Assembly: GCA_963772835.1 (NCBI GenBank)
Contig: CAVYYZ010000011.1
Location: 288,001 to 352,000 of the forward strand
Direction of reading: 5' to 3'
Length of the DNA: 64,000 bases
Source: an uncultured delta proteobacterium
Lineage (GTDB): Bacteria > Desulfobacterota > Desulfuromonadia > Geobacterales > Pseudopelobacteraceae
Under the pieces are notes generated by a model that was not told where the DNA came from, made no database searches, and saw only the letters and a program-made list of their open reading frames with translations. Every line of letters begins with the position of its first letter. The stretch's first letter is position 1. Below, one piece after another: positions 62,436-64,000 of this stretch. The position numbers were made by a program, and so were the translations under genes.

Positions 62436-63506
62436 TTAGTTGTCGAACATCAATTTACGTTCAAAATCCATTGAATGAGTAAGGCGTTGTGCATCCTGTA
62501 GAGTAATCAAATCCTGTCGATAGAGCTGCAGAAGGTGCATATCAAGAGTTTGCATGTGATACTGGGTTGCACCTTTTTCAATATGCTGTTCAATCTCATC
62601 GAGGCGACCTTCACGAATACAGGACTGAATTGTTGTCGTTGCCCTCATTATCTCAACTACCGGCAGTATGTTTTCACCGGATTTATCCTTGATCAGGCGG
62701 ATTGAAATTGTTGCCACCAGAATATCGGCCAGTCGGTGACGCATTATTTCCTGAGCTTCGGGTGGGAAGTGTCCTATTATTCGGTTGATGGTGGAAACTG
62801 CTCCTTGAGTGTGTAGGGTTGAAAGTACCAAATGCCCGGTCTCAGCCGCTTTAATACATGAATCAATTGTCTCTTTATCGCGCATTTCGCCAACCATTAT
62901 GACATCCGGATCCATTCTGAGCGCAGCTTTCAGCGCTGATGCAAAGCTGTCGGTGTCGGTTCCTATTTCACGCTGAATAATACAGCTTTTTTGTGATGTA
63001 AACAAAAACTCTATTGGATCCTCAATAGTTATAATATTATAGCTAAAGTTCTCGTTAAGATGTCTCAGCATGGAGGCGAGCGATGTTGATTTGCCGTTGC
63101 CGGTCGGACCGGTTACCAGAATCAGGCCGTTAGGAACCTGTGCGATTTCACCAAGAACCTTCGGAAGGTTCAAATCTTCAAACGTCCCGATGACCGGTGG
63201 GATCACCCTCATGACGACGCCGAAATAACCTTTCTGACGGAAAATACTGACTCTGAAACGACCACCGGATGACAGTGAATATGAAGCATCGCACTCTTTT
63301 AGGTCGTCGTTCACCTGACGGCCATTATGAGTAAGTATGGTTTCAACAATAAACCGGGTGTCAGCCGGGATGAGATTGGGCATCTTTGCACGGACTAATT
63401 GTCCCCTCCCTCTAAAAAAAGGTGGGTTGTCTACCTCGAAGTGGAGGTCAGAAACTTTCTTCTGAAATGCTATTTCCAGAATCTGATGCAGAATATTGAT
63501 ATCCAT
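62436..63506 (-). CDS. PilT/PilU-family type IV pilus ATPase
   Basis: SDLH, VTGPTGNGKSTS, TIEDPIEF, ALRMDPDVIMVGEMRD, AETGHLVLSTLHT. Confidence 0.93.
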   Translation of the reverse strand: MDINILHQILEIAFQKKVSDLHFEVDNPPFFRGRGQLVRAKMPNLIPADTRFIVETILTHNGRQVNDDLKECDASYSLSSGGRFRVSIFRQKGYFGVVMRVIPPVIGTFEDLNLPKVLGEIAQVPNGLILVTGPTGNGKSTSLASMLRHLNENFSYNIITIEDPIEFLFTSQKSCIIQREIGTDTDSFASALKAALRMDPDVIMVGEMRDKETIDSCIKAAETGHLVLSTLHTQGAVSTINRIIGHFPPEAQEIMRHRLADILVATISIRLIKDKSGENILPVVEIMRATTTIQSCIREGRLDEIEQHIEKGATQYHMQTLDMHLLQLYRQDLITLQDAQRLTHSMDFERKLMFDN

Positions 63507-63550
63507 CTTACCTCCGCTGAAATTGTAATATATGAAGAAGATCCTCTTTC

Positions 63551-64000
63551 TTACACCGATTTTTCAATACTTTTGCGATACAGGGCGTTGTCAAGAATCG
63601 ACCCGGCGTGTTGAGCAAGGGCTTCAAGCAGATTGATTTGGGGTGGAGAAACCGGCTTGGCACCAAAATCGGCATACGTTATTGCGATAACCTTACCCCT
63701 GCTTATCAACGGAACTGCCAGGACTTTTGGACTGCGAGGCGCTCCGATCTCTCGGTACAGAATATTTGTTAGCACCGCATCACTCCGCTGGCCGTAATAC
63801 AGGCGACCTTTATCAACAACCTCACGAAGAACAGAATTTTGCTCTAGCGGAATTCGGAAAAGGAGCGGTGCAGTTAATCCTTCAGTTTTTTCTGTGATGA
63901 CACCGATAGATTTTTCTGCAATCAATTCTGATTTAGCAATAACAAACGTTAAAACCCGTTCAAACTGGCCTGCAGCGAACTGGAGCATTACCAACGCGAT
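63551..64000 (-). CDS. Protein with C-terminal GAF-like domain (5' end outside window)
   Basis: LAVPLISRGKVIAITYAD...LEALAQHAGSILDNALY is a GAF-like C-terminus; frame runs off the window edge. Confidence 0.65.
   Translation of the reverse strand: MALVMLQFAAGQFERVLTFVIAKSELIAEKSIGVITEKTEGLTAPLLFRIPLEQNSVLREVVDKGRLYYGQRSDAVLTNILYREIGAPRSPKVLAVPLISRGKVIAITYADFGAKPVSPPQINLLEALAQHAGSILDNALYRKSIEKSV

Overview
Bacterial chromosomal window, by protein content and gene order most like a Geobacteraceae/Desulfuromonadales deltaproteobacterium (inference). Most of it is housekeeping: carB-greA, a MoxR/DUF58/transglutaminase operon, tRNA-His, an NtrY/NtrX-like pair, trpDC, argJ, secA, ychF-pth-rplY-prs, tRNA-Gln, ispE, cysE-lpxC, a peptide ABC transporter, TRAP dctPQM and a PilT-family ATPase. 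The main discovery is a minus-strand RiPP (ribosomal peptide) gene cluster of about 10.4 kb (28884-39301) lying between tRNA-Gln and prs. It encodes a lasso-type B2 leader peptidase, a PqqD/RRE protein, an HPr-kinase-like kinase, a nucleotidyltransferase, an AsnB-type amidotransferase, two B12-dependent radical SAM enzymes and a SPASM radical SAM enzyme. Its precursor is absent from the ORF track: a 32-aa ORF at 38352-38450, MKPYEKPSFVCHKPLETVSA-TYYYYTYYYYYY. The predicted core contains only Thr and Tyr and has no Asp/Glu, so it cannot form a lasso macrolactam. This points to a poly-tyrosine RiPP type I cannot assign to a known class. All calls come from reading motifs by eye; no database searches were run.
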